From Azolla caroliniana (taxonomy: Eukaryota; Plantae; Polypodiophyta): a stretch of 64,000 nt of DNA. The position numbers and the translations under genes were made by a program. The notes under the pieces are model-generated. The model saw only the letters and a program-made list of their open reading frames with translations. It was not told where the DNA came from and searched no databases. The stretch is from positions 25,544,001-25,608,000 of the forward strand of contig JBHGNT010000004.1 of assembly GCA_043228905.1 (NCBI GenBank), in the 5' to 3' direction. Position 1 is the first letter of the stretch. Each line of letters starts with the position of its first letter. Of the stretch, positions 26,185-38,246 are shown piece by piece.

Positions 26185-27412
26185 TTATACAATCGGTTGG
26201 CTTCTCCAAGAGCAATGAGGACCACTAGATCTTCACGAAAAAAACTCAAGATGGGTCTCCCATCTTCCTCATCTTATACGTGGATGACATGCTACCCTTC
26301 GGCTAACATGCCGGAGAGTTTACTGATCTTGTTCGGCAATTGCGGTTGAAGTTCGCAATGAAGGACCTAGATCCCGTTCGACACATACTCGAAATGAAGA
26401 TTAATCGGTTCCGAAATAAGCAACAATTGTTTTTGTCTCAAGCCGACTACATCGGATGTGTCTTGGAGCGCTTCAACATGAAATTGGCAAATCTGCTTCG
26501 ACCATGCTCCCCATTAATCTTCCGTTGTCTCAATGAGACTGCCAGACATCCGGTCCTGATGTACGCGATGGTCCCGATACAGCCTGACATTGCTCATGCC
26601 ATAGAAGTCGTTAGCAAATTCATGCACAACCTAGGTCAATCGCATTGGAGTGCAGTCAAGCATTTATTCAGATATCTAGTGGGCACTCAAGACCTTGGCA
26701 TTCTCTTTGGTTTGAACAATAACCTAGGTGTAGTCGGCTAAACCGACTCGAACTTTGCCAACCATGTGATAGCCAAAAATCAACAACCAGATACTACTTC
26801 AAATTCGGCAATGGAGCAATTTTGTGGAAGTCAAAACTTCAGGAATGCATGTCCACTTCAACGACAGAAGCCGAATACGTAGTTGCATCCGATGCAGCGA
26901 AAGAGGCTTTATGGCTCAGTCATTTGGAGTGTACGTTTCGACAAGCCAATCCCAATTCAGCTTTAATAGTCTATAGTGACAGGCAGGGGGTTGTTGCTTT
27001 ATCAAAGAATCTGGTTCATCACCATGCCTCCAAACATATCAACGTTCAGTACCACTTCGTTCGGGACTATATAACTTCAGGAAAGCTCAGCCTCGAGAAG
27101 ATCTCCACAACCAACAACATATCAGACGGGATGACCAAGTGTCTCGCAACTGACCGATTTCAGCACTTTGGCACTAGATGGGCTTAAGGAGAAATATATC
27201 TGATTGAGTCAAACAATAGAGATAGCTTCGGACAATTGACCCTAACAGTCGAACCGACTTCTGCACTCGAACAAGCCTATTCGGCCTCTGTTTCTTTTGG
27301 CCGTCACCAACACGGTTATAAGCCCATCTTCTCTAGCATCTCTTTGTTTATATTGTATACCTTGTTTCATATTATAGGTCTCTCCTTAGTGTATACACCC
27401 ATTATGGGGGAG

Positions 27413-27736
27413 TGTCGAATACGGGTGTATATCGGCCGTATTTACACTGTCCCTTTGGACAGACTAGGTTTAGAACAGTAATGTAAATATGTCAAAGGGC
27501 AATTGCCCTAGCCCAGTTAGTATATAACTAGCTTTGTAACCTAGTTCAAGTGTTTGTTGATATTCCCCTTCTTGTATTGCAACCTTTTTTGGAATATAAC
27601 TATTACATTGTGTGCCTCCTTGTCTTTCTCTCTCACACACTCTTTCTCCTTGATCTTGCCTTAACTTGTTAACTTGGTGATCTTCTTAGCATAGATATTC
27701 TTCTTATTTCCGCACTGACGGTCTCAGACTCCAACA
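27413..27736 (+). repeat. 3' LTR of copia A
   Basis: TG…CA, directly after the PPT, direct repeat of 21623-21947. Confidence 0.9.
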
Positions 27737-28405
27737 TTCTCCCTCACTCGTGCTCTCTAGGATGACCAACACCCCATTATGATGAAGGTACACCGTCTAC
27801 ACAATCATGAGTATACATGTTGATTATGTAGGACAATCATCTCCCACTTGATGGGTGTGTATGATGAGCTTCTATATATGATAAGTGATTGGAGAACAAC
27901 CCCCAATCCTCTATTGATAGCTTATTCTCCTTCATCATCATCAATCTCATGTCGAGACACCCATGGTGCATGGTCTAAGATGCCCCAACTCACACACATT
28001 CCTACACTTTCACAAGCACAAGGTTTATTAGGTTCAAACTCACATTTAATAGGCCAATTTGGGGCAAGATTAAATTCCATAACATTACAAATTCTAGGTG
28101 ATAGGTATCTTTTAGATACAAGTTCAATCCACACATAGGACACAACATGGTTGGTCATAGGGAGAAAGTAGGCAAAGTCATAGAAAGAATAAGGAAGGGA
28201 ACATGTGTTTCTAATGAACAAACATTTAATAAACATTAGTTCAATTGATTGAAGTATATGATTGTCGATTAAGAGATTGTAGGCTCAAGTCTAACTACAC
28301 CAAAAATGTCATATGATAACTATGATGGCTAAATGGGTGGTCACACATGATTTAAAAAACAAATTGTAAGCTTAGGAAGTTAGGTAAAATGTTTATATGC
28401 AAAAT

Positions 28406-28808
28406 TAACAATCAGCAACCGAACCGAACTACGGCCTAACGGTTTAAGCGGTTCGGTTTGTGTTTAGGTTTAAGTTTTTTTTAATGGTTTGGTTTGGTTT
28501 CAACTGTTAGAAACCACTATTTTAACGGTTTATAATTTTTTAAAATTTTAAAATTTTTTAAACAATTTTTTCATTTTTAGGCCTTATTCTCACACTTTAG
28601 GAAAATCTTTAAAATTTTGAATTTTGAATTTTGGCCGAAAACCGAAACCGAACCACAAAACCACGGTTTTTATGGTTTTAACGGTTTGAAAATTTTTAAC
28701 AATTTCGTGGTTCGATTCAGGTTTCAATATGTTTAACCAATTCGATTTCAAACCGGTTCAATTTTGACACTCTCAAACCAAACCAAATCAAACCGTTGCA
28801 GATTGTTA
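28406..28808. mobile_element. hAT-type MITE (AACCG-rich subterminal repeats), copy 1
   Basis: TIRs TAACAATCAGCAAC / GTTGCAGATTGTTA and an imperfect 8-bp TSD tatgcaa(aa)t/tatgcaat. Inverted homolog of 58518-58917. Confidence 0.8.
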
Positions 28809-29830
28809 TATGCAATGTAGCTTATTTATATATCAACAACTTTACAATGATAAGATGAAAGAATGGTTCGCGTCACACCGATGTGATAAACGTGGTTGGT
28901 TTCATGAAGTTGTTGATCGATCCAACATACCCTTTGGAATCCAACCAGCTTGGGACTTGAATTTCTTCAATGACCCAATATTTCGGGGCAGTATGGAGAA
29001 AGGCTCGTCATACCGTTGTCGTGGAAGTCCACGGCTTGCGAGCCGACTTGGGCAGGATTGTTGGGGTTTCGAAACGGGGAGCTTAATGATAGGTGCTGGT
29101 TGAGTGCTCGTTGTAACCTACCAGCTTGGATCCGGCTTTCGGGTGATGAGCACATGGGCTCATGGACGCACGTCGGCAAGTGCAAGACGAAGCGAGGAAG
29201 GAAACGACCCAGACAGAGATCTCTCAGTACCCAACACACACACACGCATATAGAAGACAATGAATCGATTAAATCAAAGAAAGAATACACGAATGGCCTA
29301 GGCCAGGTAACAAAGCTTAACGATCAGCAGATACACAACGATGAGCCTCTAGTTGGGAACACACAGGCTTGCTATGCGAACAGAGGCCTCACTCCAACCG
29401 AACCCACAGAACATAACAGAGCCTAACCGAACCGGAACCCTTCGCCCACAAGAGACATTCAACGTGAACCCAAATGTTAAACTTCAATGGGTGCACGAAC
29501 TTGTACAAGACTTATTGTGACGTCCTTTGCCCAATCTTACAATGACAGGCCGAACTCTTCACCATTCAAAGTTAACTAACATAGACCAAAGAACGAGAAA
29601 AACTCAAGAGTGTTACTAAATTCTCCAAACATATGGAAGTCTTCAGGGGCATTTCGGGAAATAAACTAAATTCCAGGGGCATGTTAGGAAATAATGAAAC
29701 TTCATTTTTATTAATCTGGACTGAGAGATCGAGAGAGATGAATTGTTTACGGGATTGAATTAGGGTTAGGGTTAGCGAAACAGGGAAGTGGAACGGGTGT
29801 TTGGAGTTTACGAGACCTTGATACAGAGCT

Positions 29831-30922
29831 ATGCGCAAGTGCAGAGAGATTCTTCATCTGCATCTTCGTCCATCTCTTTCATCCCATGTTTCCAGAAGCT
29901 TTAGCTCAGGAGCTACCACCAACACTAAACCCATTGAAGAGATCGTGAAAGGCTTTGAGGTTTCAGATACAGACTGGACGTCTCGACCATTTTTCTACAA
30001 AGTCCTGAAACAGGTAAGTGGCGATCCTTATACTGCCCTGAGTTTCTTCACTTGGGTCACAAAGGAGAAGCAATTCATCCCTACCACAGCAGAATACAAT
30101 GCCCTGCTTGAGATTCTAGGACCCGTTCACATGTTCAGTGAAATGAAAAATGTGATGAAGATGATGGACATGAAGAAATGCAAGATGTTGCCCTCCACAT
30201 TCACAATTTTGATCAAATACTATGCTAAATCTGGGCTTGTTGATGATGCCATACGATGTCTCGAGCAGATGAAAAGGTGTGGTGTTAAACCTAATGTCCA
30301 GACATACAACAACCTCATCGATGCTTTTGTCAAAGAAGGGAAGATCAATCTTGTGCTAGGCATGATTGATCAAATGAAATGTGATGGAATCCAACCCAAT
30401 GAGTATACCCTCAACTTCTTAGTCGAAGGGCTATGTAGCTCGGGCCAACTTGACAAGGCAATAGAGCTTGTCCGAGAATCATCAGCAAATGGTATTGTAT
30501 ATAACGTCTTGTTGAAAGGGCTTTGCAAAGCGAGAAAGATAGAAGAAGCCTATGAAATCGTAGAAGAGATGATCTCTCGGGGTCATAATCCAGATGAGTA
30601 CACATACAATACTCTTGTGGTAGGGGCATGTAAGGTTGGGAAGCTTGATTTCGCACTTGGGTTGCGGATGGAAATGATCAGAAGGAAGGTATCACCCTCA
30701 ATTATCACCTATGGGACACTCATCATGTTCCTGTGTAGGCACAAAAGAGGAGAAGAGGCATACCATTTGTTAGGTGAAATGAAGTCGGAAGGGATCGTGT
30801 TAACTGAACAAGACCAGTCTTCACTGAAGGCGGCTTTCTTGAGATCGAACCGGAGAACATCGGCTGCAGCAATCATTCGAGACATGGGGAGTAGTAGTAC
30901 TAGGAGTAAGCCTCCCCATTGA
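29831..30922 (+). CDS. P-class pentatricopeptide repeat (PPR) protein, probably organelle (mitochondrion)-targeted, intronless
   Basis: 363-aa ORF with about seven 35-aa repeats (e.g. TYNNLIDAFVKEGKINLVLGMIDQMKCDGIQPNEY, VYNVLLKGLCKARKIEEAYEIVEEMISRGHNPDEY). Arg/Ser/Leu-rich N-terminus (…SRSFSS). No E/DYW domain. Confidence 0.93.
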   Translation: MRKCREILHLHLRPSLSSHVSRSFSSGATTNTKPIEEIVKGFEVSDTDWTSRPFFYKVLKQVSGDPYTALSFFTWVTKEKQFIPTTAEYNALLEILGPVHMFSEMKNVMKMMDMKKCKMLPSTFTILIKYYAKSGLVDDAIRCLEQMKRCGVKPNVQTYNNLIDAFVKEGKINLVLGMIDQMKCDGIQPNEYTLNFLVEGLCSSGQLDKAIELVRESSANGIVYNVLLKGLCKARKIEEAYEIVEEMISRGHNPDEYTYNTLVVGACKVGKLDFALGLRMEMIRRKVSPSIITYGTLIMFLCRHKRGEEAYHLLGEMKSEGIVLTEQDQSSLKAAFLRSNRRTSAAAIIRDMGSSSTRSKPPH

Positions 30923-33554
30923 TCCCTCTTTGTAAAATTCAGAGATTCTTTTATGTGTTGCCCATACAATTATTCGATATGTCAATTAACGATAAGCAAT
31001 GTTTTCTCGTGAATCAATTTTGTTTGCTTCTTTCGCTCATTCATTCGTTGTATTCGAATCCATGAAAATTTTGCACAACTATTTTGTTTGGTAACATGGA
31101 GCTGCCCCTCATGCACTTTAATTTTGTGGAATTTTTGCTTAGATAAGTGGATATAGGTGCTACCCGCATCTGGAAGCCATAAAAGATGAACATAAAAAAG
31201 GTTGCAATTCTGTGGAGACTAGAAAGCTCATATATTCAATCTCCATTCCAGAGAGGCAATCTAATAAATTAGTGAAGTTGTTGACACTTGAACCCATCTC
31301 TGTATGGGTTGCTAAAAACATGCCTCACCACTATAGTATGGTCCTAACATGAAAAAGAGACAAAGAAGTATAACTAGTTAGATTTGAATCACAGTGCATG
31401 GGCTAATAAAACCACTAGAGTACAGCCTGAATTTGAATAGAACGGTAGGAGCTATTTGTGTAATTTCAGCACTACTTTTTACTTATTGTTTATATCCCAC
31501 TACCAAGAGGTAGTGTAAGAAAAAAACTTCACTGTACTGAGAAAAGCCTTAGGTAGTTGCATATGCACACAACGTACTTGCCATCGCTGCACCACGGCTC
31601 ACACATTATCATATGCAATCCAGCTTGCGCATGGTTATGCAATCCAATCAAACTGTAAACTAGCATGAAGAAAGTTGTTACAAATATGTAGATGCATTCC
31701 TCAGAAAATCAAAGCTACAAACATAGGCCCATGATCAGCATATACATAGCACTTTTGATCAAAGTGCAGTTTATTCCTTATGATCCAACTTGACCTATAC
31801 TATTTCATGCAAAAAAATGGCTTTCAGAGATTTACTTTCTCTATAATACCTTTAAATTGCTTCTTCTATGTGAGCATCTTCTGATATTTCTATTATAGCA
31901 CATGGAATGGAGATGATGTGCAATGGAAAGAAGCATCAACAAATGCCTCTTACACTAATGAAGGAAGCATACAAACCAATATCAAAGCCCTCAACAAGTT
32001 GATGGATCTCGATGTTTTTAATATCATTAAAATGAAATTTTGGTTTAATGCAAATATATATACCTTGAAGAGAATGATAGTCACAAGATGTGAATAATAC
32101 TCAATGTTCATTGATACATGGTGGAACATGCATTCAAACAAAAACTCATAAGTAGCTATGGATAATGGCATCTTCTTTTATTATATTTGTACTTTGGATG
32201 GAGATATCTGTTGCAAGCTAACTGATGTCATTGCAAGGTATTTCAGGATCTCCCAAAAGTGAAATGAGGACCATCGAAATCATTAGAGCTTATGATAACA
32301 AAGATCTCTTGCTATATATGTGTGCGTTGAACCTTCAACTTAGTAATAACATTGTTGTATGGAGACATCAATTTTCTTATCATTTTTTTTCATCACCTAC
32401 TAATGAAGATAGAAGCAAGAAGTAAGGCTACAATGATGACTGTGTAAGTCATAGTTTAGTTGGCGGAGCAATACTATCTTTTATTAAATGAATTACATTT
32501 ATTGTGTATTAAATGGAGACAATTGGCTTTACAACCATTATTTGTCAGTGGATAGCAATGTATTATCATTGTAAGTAATATTAGGCTGCAAATTTACAAG
32601 AATGCAACAAGTAGATGCACAAAAAGGACCTACAACTTTTATCAACGCAATATCTAGGGGATCCTTCCTCATATTGAAGCCGAGAAACCCAAGTGATAGG
32701 TACAAATATAGTAGCTATACAAGAAAGTCTAATGAAAATTCTAGTACTACATTTAATTAGGATCAACAAAATGTTTTCGAAATAGTATGAGCATACACTA
32801 ACATTTATAGAATGGACGTCTATGTCTCATGTCTTGTACACCATATCATCCCTCCTTTACAACTAGTATCAATATTCTTTTGAAATAATATGAACGCATA
32901 CTCCCTCCCATTATGTGTAAAATATAGGTCCATTAGTCACGATTCGTACAGAATATCATTCCTACTTTACGATTAGAATCAATATTCGAACATAACACAT
33001 CGAACACAAGCCCATCTATCACAACTTGTCCAAAAAATTGTTCCCTCCTGTACATGCTTGTTACTTGGACTAGATGCTTGTCAAGCTCTTTCCCTTCCAC
33101 TTATGTCTTGCTCTCTTCATTTGCAATTATTTTCACATGGCATTCTTGTAAGATGGAATAAATCAATAAACCAACATTGATGTGATTTCATGACGACTAT
33201 TCTCAAGTTTATACAACTCATATCATATGTAATGCTAAATAACTAGTCAATAGATATTAGATACGCTTTTTCTTTTCAAAAAATTAGATACCCATTTTAA
33301 GTTTCGCTACTTATGAATGCATATTTCAAATATGTATATTATCAATAAATTTGAGTGGAAGTGATGTCTTTAAAAGTTTAAAATAATCTGCATTTGAAGA
33401 ATCTCTCTCTCATTAGTTACGATCACAAATATAAGCATTGCTAAATTAATGCTTGAAAAACCTTGAGAGGTTTGAACTTGGACACCAAGTCCACGATGGT
33501 GAATCATCATTACAAATCAGATACAAAATAAAATAAATTTCTCTCTCCCTATAA

Positions 33555-34030
33555 TTAGCTTACTCTAGTGGTAAGTCAGCACTATGTCTTGGGTTCATAA
33601 CCCAATTTTCTCACTTCTCTATTACTCTATAGAGACATATCTCTTATTTCACTAGATGCCATTCTAAAATTTAGGGGTTGAACCCATGACCACCTAGTCA
33701 GCACTATGTCTTGGGTTCAACCACTCTAGTGCTAACGCTAGTGGTAAGTCAGCACTATGTCTTGGGTTCATAACCCAATTTTCTCACTTCTCTATTACTC
33801 TATAGAGACATATCTCTTATTTCACTAAACGCCATTCTAGAATTTAGGGGTTGAACCCATGACCACCTAGTCTCCGTTGCACAACCTTACCAACTTAGTT
33901 ACATCAATCTGGGGCTTTGTCTCTCTCTCTCGCTCTTTGTCATAATTATCTTACCCTTGGCAAGTCGTTTACACTACTAACTAACACTACATCTTGGGTT
34001 CGAAACCTAATTTTCTCACCTCTCTATTAT
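33555..34030. repeat. Locally duplicated short repeat with tRNA-like A/B-box motifs (SINE/MITE-like)
   Basis: About 135 bp at 33566 repeated at 33739 with short filler copies between. Motifs TAGTGGTAAG…GGGTTCATAACCC and GGGTTCGAAACC (33996), plus an opposite-strand GGGTTCAACCCC. Confidence 0.5.
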
Positions 34031-34395
34031 TCCATAAATCTCTCTCTCTCTCTCTTTGGAAATCTATGTTATTAAAACAAGATGATAATACAAAGCATGC
34101 GATATCAATTACTTCATTAGTAGCGATATGCCAAGGTAAACCCCCTCAACTGTTGTAATATTAGATGACATAGATCTACCTTTTGTTGGGGCAACATCCC
34201 CATACCAAGTAGTTGCGAAATTTGCCAAAATCAACTTCCCTTTCAATGTACTGAGTTGTTGCGATACCCCACAAAGTCCATTCAATAAGAACCCATTTCT
34301 CACACTCCAGTTATAACACATCCCCAAATACCTAAGGTAGTCAAACACCAACTAATATGATGGGGTGGGTAGAGTTGTAACACCATCAATGTAAC

Positions 34396-34830
34396 CTATT
34401 TAAAATTTGGCCAGAAAAGGCTTATAACAACCCAAATGGTTTTAGCAACTAGGCATGTAATGAACCTATGTTTGTCATCTTCCTCAACCACTATACAATA
34501 AAACATGTTCCATTCGAAAAATGTTCTTTGTTTTGAAGCCATCACCAAAGGAAACCCACCAATCATCACACACAAGAGAAACACCTTTGCATGAAATGGA
34601 ATATGAGATTGCCATCCCACATCTAAAACGTCGACACCATCATTTACACATCGGGTAATGCCCATGTATCCAAAATCATCTTCACTAACCAAGCTCTATT
34701 TTCAACTATCTTATGGTATACATCATTATTGTGCACCATAAATATCAATTTTCCGTTACCAAATAACCAATCTTTCCATGATTCCTCAGCCACCAACTCT
34801 GAAATTGGGGAATCTAGCCTAGGCAATGCT
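34396..34830 (-). mobile_element. Degenerate LINE (L1-like) zf-RVT fragment
   Basis: WQSHIPFHAKVFLL…GGFPL…C..VEEDDKHRFITCLVAKTIW resembles the W..P.K...F.W…C..E...H.F..C…W zf-RVT pattern. Confidence 0.6.
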
Positions 34831-37397
34831 AGTACTGATTATCAAATATGCCCTTATGCATGTGGTATGTGAAACATACTTTGAATTGTCTGAAAGGTCA
34901 TTATTTTCCAACTTGACTCAAAGATAGCATTTCCCATAATTACCAAGCTGAGCCAAATATACCCTTATGCGTGTGGTATGTGAAATGTACTTTGAATTGT
35001 TAGAAAGTTCACCATTTTCCTACTTGACTCTAAGATAACATCTTCCATTGAACCATGACTTCAGACTTTCTTTTCCATCCAAAGGTAATATAATTGAGGT
35101 TGGCAACACCTCTGCTACTAAAGAATTATTATCTTTTCGATACCTAAGGGGTCTCTAATTAACAATTTTGAACATCTCTCTCTCTCTAAGAAGAAAGTTC
35201 ATATTGTGACAATAAAGGTTTTGAGGGTGAGCTCTTGTGTATGACATAGAAGTCCATTAATAATTATGTTGGCATTAGGATATTACCATTGTAGATGCAC
35301 ATAGGCTAGTGTCGTTTAAGTTGGACTATGCACATTTTTCAATGTCAAAGAGCATGAAGTGTTTAGTATGCATTACGCCCTATAGGAACGATGGCAGTAA
35401 ACAACAACAATTGTTTCTTAATCACTGCTTAGAGTTGCCCATTGTCACAATATCTCCTCGGAAATTATGAGTATGTTGTGAGCTCTAGATATACTTTAAA
35501 CTTTACATATACTCAACATTGATTTGGGAAATGAAGAACAAGGAACTAGCAATTGTCATCAAATAAACACTAACATATCTCTCAATTTGATCTTGGGCAA
35601 TTACAAGTGACCTAGATATTTAACTTCAACAATGCGCACCTTTTTAAGTGCTTGTATGTGGACTTCTAATAAAAAAGGCGCATGGCAACATATCTCTAAA
35701 ATAAATATAATATTGTCTACATAGTGACTTTTCATTGAATTTTATGGAGAGAGTTGAACCAACATGTGTCAATGGCATAATGAATACTTGTTATTAGTCA
35801 GTTTTAGGAGAAAAGCGTGGATGTATGGAGGTCTACCACTACCATATTCTTAGTTACTTTTCTTGATTATGTTTTTAGTCTCGATTCTCTATGAGATATT
35901 TTCCTTATGTGTTTTGTTTATGGACATTATGGGGGAGGGGAGGGACCTACCCTTGATGTGGCTAACATTTCATTATATTATCCGAGTGTATGTATTATAC
36001 TTAAGGATCGATGTTGTGAATTGCAACTTGTTATTGTCATGTTAACAAAAAGTCTACTTTACACCCTTAGTCTACCAAATAGAACATAGATCAATTATGG
36101 CCGCAAAGAAACTAAAATCCTAAAAAAATATGACATTTATAGCGGCTACAGTAAGTAAGCCCGAAGGATGCATGATCGTTGTTAAGAATTTGGTTTCTTC
36201 CTTGCCATATGTATAGTCATGTTGCCATTAAGCATTGTGGGGGGATATACCTTAGAAGTATCACCCTATATTGATAAACAAATGAATGAAACCTAACCAA
36301 AATATTCGTTGATTCTTGTAAATTAAGCATGATAGCGAAATTTCATTTTATTAAAATTTGCAAGTGTGAGAATAACAACATTGGGTGCAATTCCATGCAC
36401 CTATCATGGTAGGTCTTTTATATTTATGAGTTATATTTGAAGTGAGCAATGCAAATATGTATACCCTAATGTGAACCAATGCATACTCTAACACACCGCA
36501 CGCTTATAGTAATATGTTATGTTTTAGAAATGATCCTCGAAACTTAAATAAACTTTGTCCCCGCATCATATTATCTGATGCCTACATCACACCTAGTAGT
36601 CATTCCAAATAAAACATCATTTACAAAACATGTAGATGGTCTAGATTGGAGTTCATGCACAACAAAATCTTTGGCTCACAATCGAGTGGGTGATATTGGG
36701 TGGCACACACACATTGTCATTGTATTGGCTCGAATAGAATGATTAGGCAAAGAGCCTAATACATGTTGGTAAAGAATCAAGGTTGGCTATCATATGTAAA
36801 ATGGATAATAAACCCATTCTCAACTAATATGGTTGATGTGACTTGTAGCCTATAGAAAGTTCATAGTAGGTGATCATCAAGTGAAGTTTTCTAAGGTGAA
36901 TATTTTAGAGCATGGTTCATGAGGGCAACTACCAAAGGCGCCCCACCATGGATGAATTGAGTTGTGTCCAGCTTTTAGAGGTGGATATTACACAAAGGCG
37001 ACGAAATGATGCTACTCACCTACAATACTCCTTCGTTCACTCTTGCCTCAAAAAGGCAGTCTAACATAAGCATGAATCCATGATCTTCCATTCATCATTC
37101 GATGGAAGACTTACGACTATTTTGATCACTAGAATTCTCCATGCGAAGCTCTTGCAATCAAGAGATGTAACTTGAATGCAACGATTACACAAGGTGACCT
37201 CCTCAAATATGGTTGAAATGGTCAAGTGACATCCAATTTAGACCACATGCCAACGTGTGAGTCTTTAGGCCACTGTTTGGCAAGGTACCAGCAACACAAT
37301 GCGTACATCCCACACATCAGACGACCAAATTAGGTTGGGGCCATGGATTGCCTAGTTGGCTGATGACAAGTCCCGACAAGGTGTGAGCCAACTATCG

Positions 37398-37712
37398 TAT
37401 ACATACATACATATACAACCATATATATATAATGTATACATACATACATACATACATACATATACACACCCACATACATACATATAGATACACACCCACA
37501 TACATACATACATACATACATACATACATACATACATACATACATACATACATACATACATACATACCCACATACATACATACATACATACACACCCACA
37601 TACATACATACATACATACATACATACAGATACACACCCACATACATACATACATACAAATATACACCCATATACATACATACATACATACATACATACA
37701 TACATACATACA
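37398..37712. repeat. (TACA)n microsatellite array with periodic CACACC interruptions
   Basis: About 315 bp directly visible, upstream of the Tubby-like gene. Confidence 0.95.
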
Positions 37713-38246
37713 TGTATGTACATATGTAAAGGATGAATACACATCTGAAACCAACATTGTATATGTAGAGGATAAAAGCTACTCCTATTCCTGGCCCCCC
37801 TCTGTGTTGTGCCAAGAGGTCCTCATCAGCATTTTCTTCTTCTTGTCTGCAAACCCTAGAAAGACACCAAGGCATCAGCGACAACAAGGGTTTGAAATTG
37901 AAGACGAATATGAAAGTACCCATTGAATCTTGAGCTTAGTACTTACACACTCAGATCCAAGGATTCTTCTGTATTCTAAGATTGTCAGATATGGTGCTGA
38001 GCATCGTTGCTGCCTTCCATTATTAGGGTATGAGCAGAAAAAATCAAATAAATCCATCCCTTGATTTCTGCTCCAGACGTGTCTAGGGTTAAGGTTTACA
38101 TTAAAGAGACATAAAGAGGCAGGGTTAATAGAAAAGTTTAGAGTTAGAGTGATAGTTAAGGTTGAAGTGAGGATTAGAATTAAGGCTTGGGCTAGGGTTA
38201 GGGCGTTACATCCAATCCAAGATAAAGGAAGAGAGAAAGACGGCCC

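Larger units (their letters stand above)
21623..27736 (+). mobile_element. Degenerate full-length Ty1/copia LTR retrotransposon (copia A)
   Basis: LTRs 21623-21947 and 27413-27736 (roughly 85% identical by eye). tRNA-iMet-type PBS TGGTATCA at 21950, PPT ATGGGGGAG before the 3' LTR, near-TSD ctctc/ttctc. Relics appear in copia order: Zn knuckle YCKKPGHSKADC, protease WLLDSGASYH, integrase LVHSDVCG and DNGG, RT YGLKQAPR and YVDDML, RNase H SKHINVQYHFVR. Many stops and frameshifts. Confidence 0.92.

Noticed and set aside
33560-34010. Functional tRNA gene
   Set aside because: A/B-box-like motifs are present but no cloverleaf stems could be formed.
37330-37926. Long ORFs (YVCM/HTYI repeats) on both strands
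   Set aside because: Translations of the (TACA)n microsatellite, which lacks stop codons in these frames.
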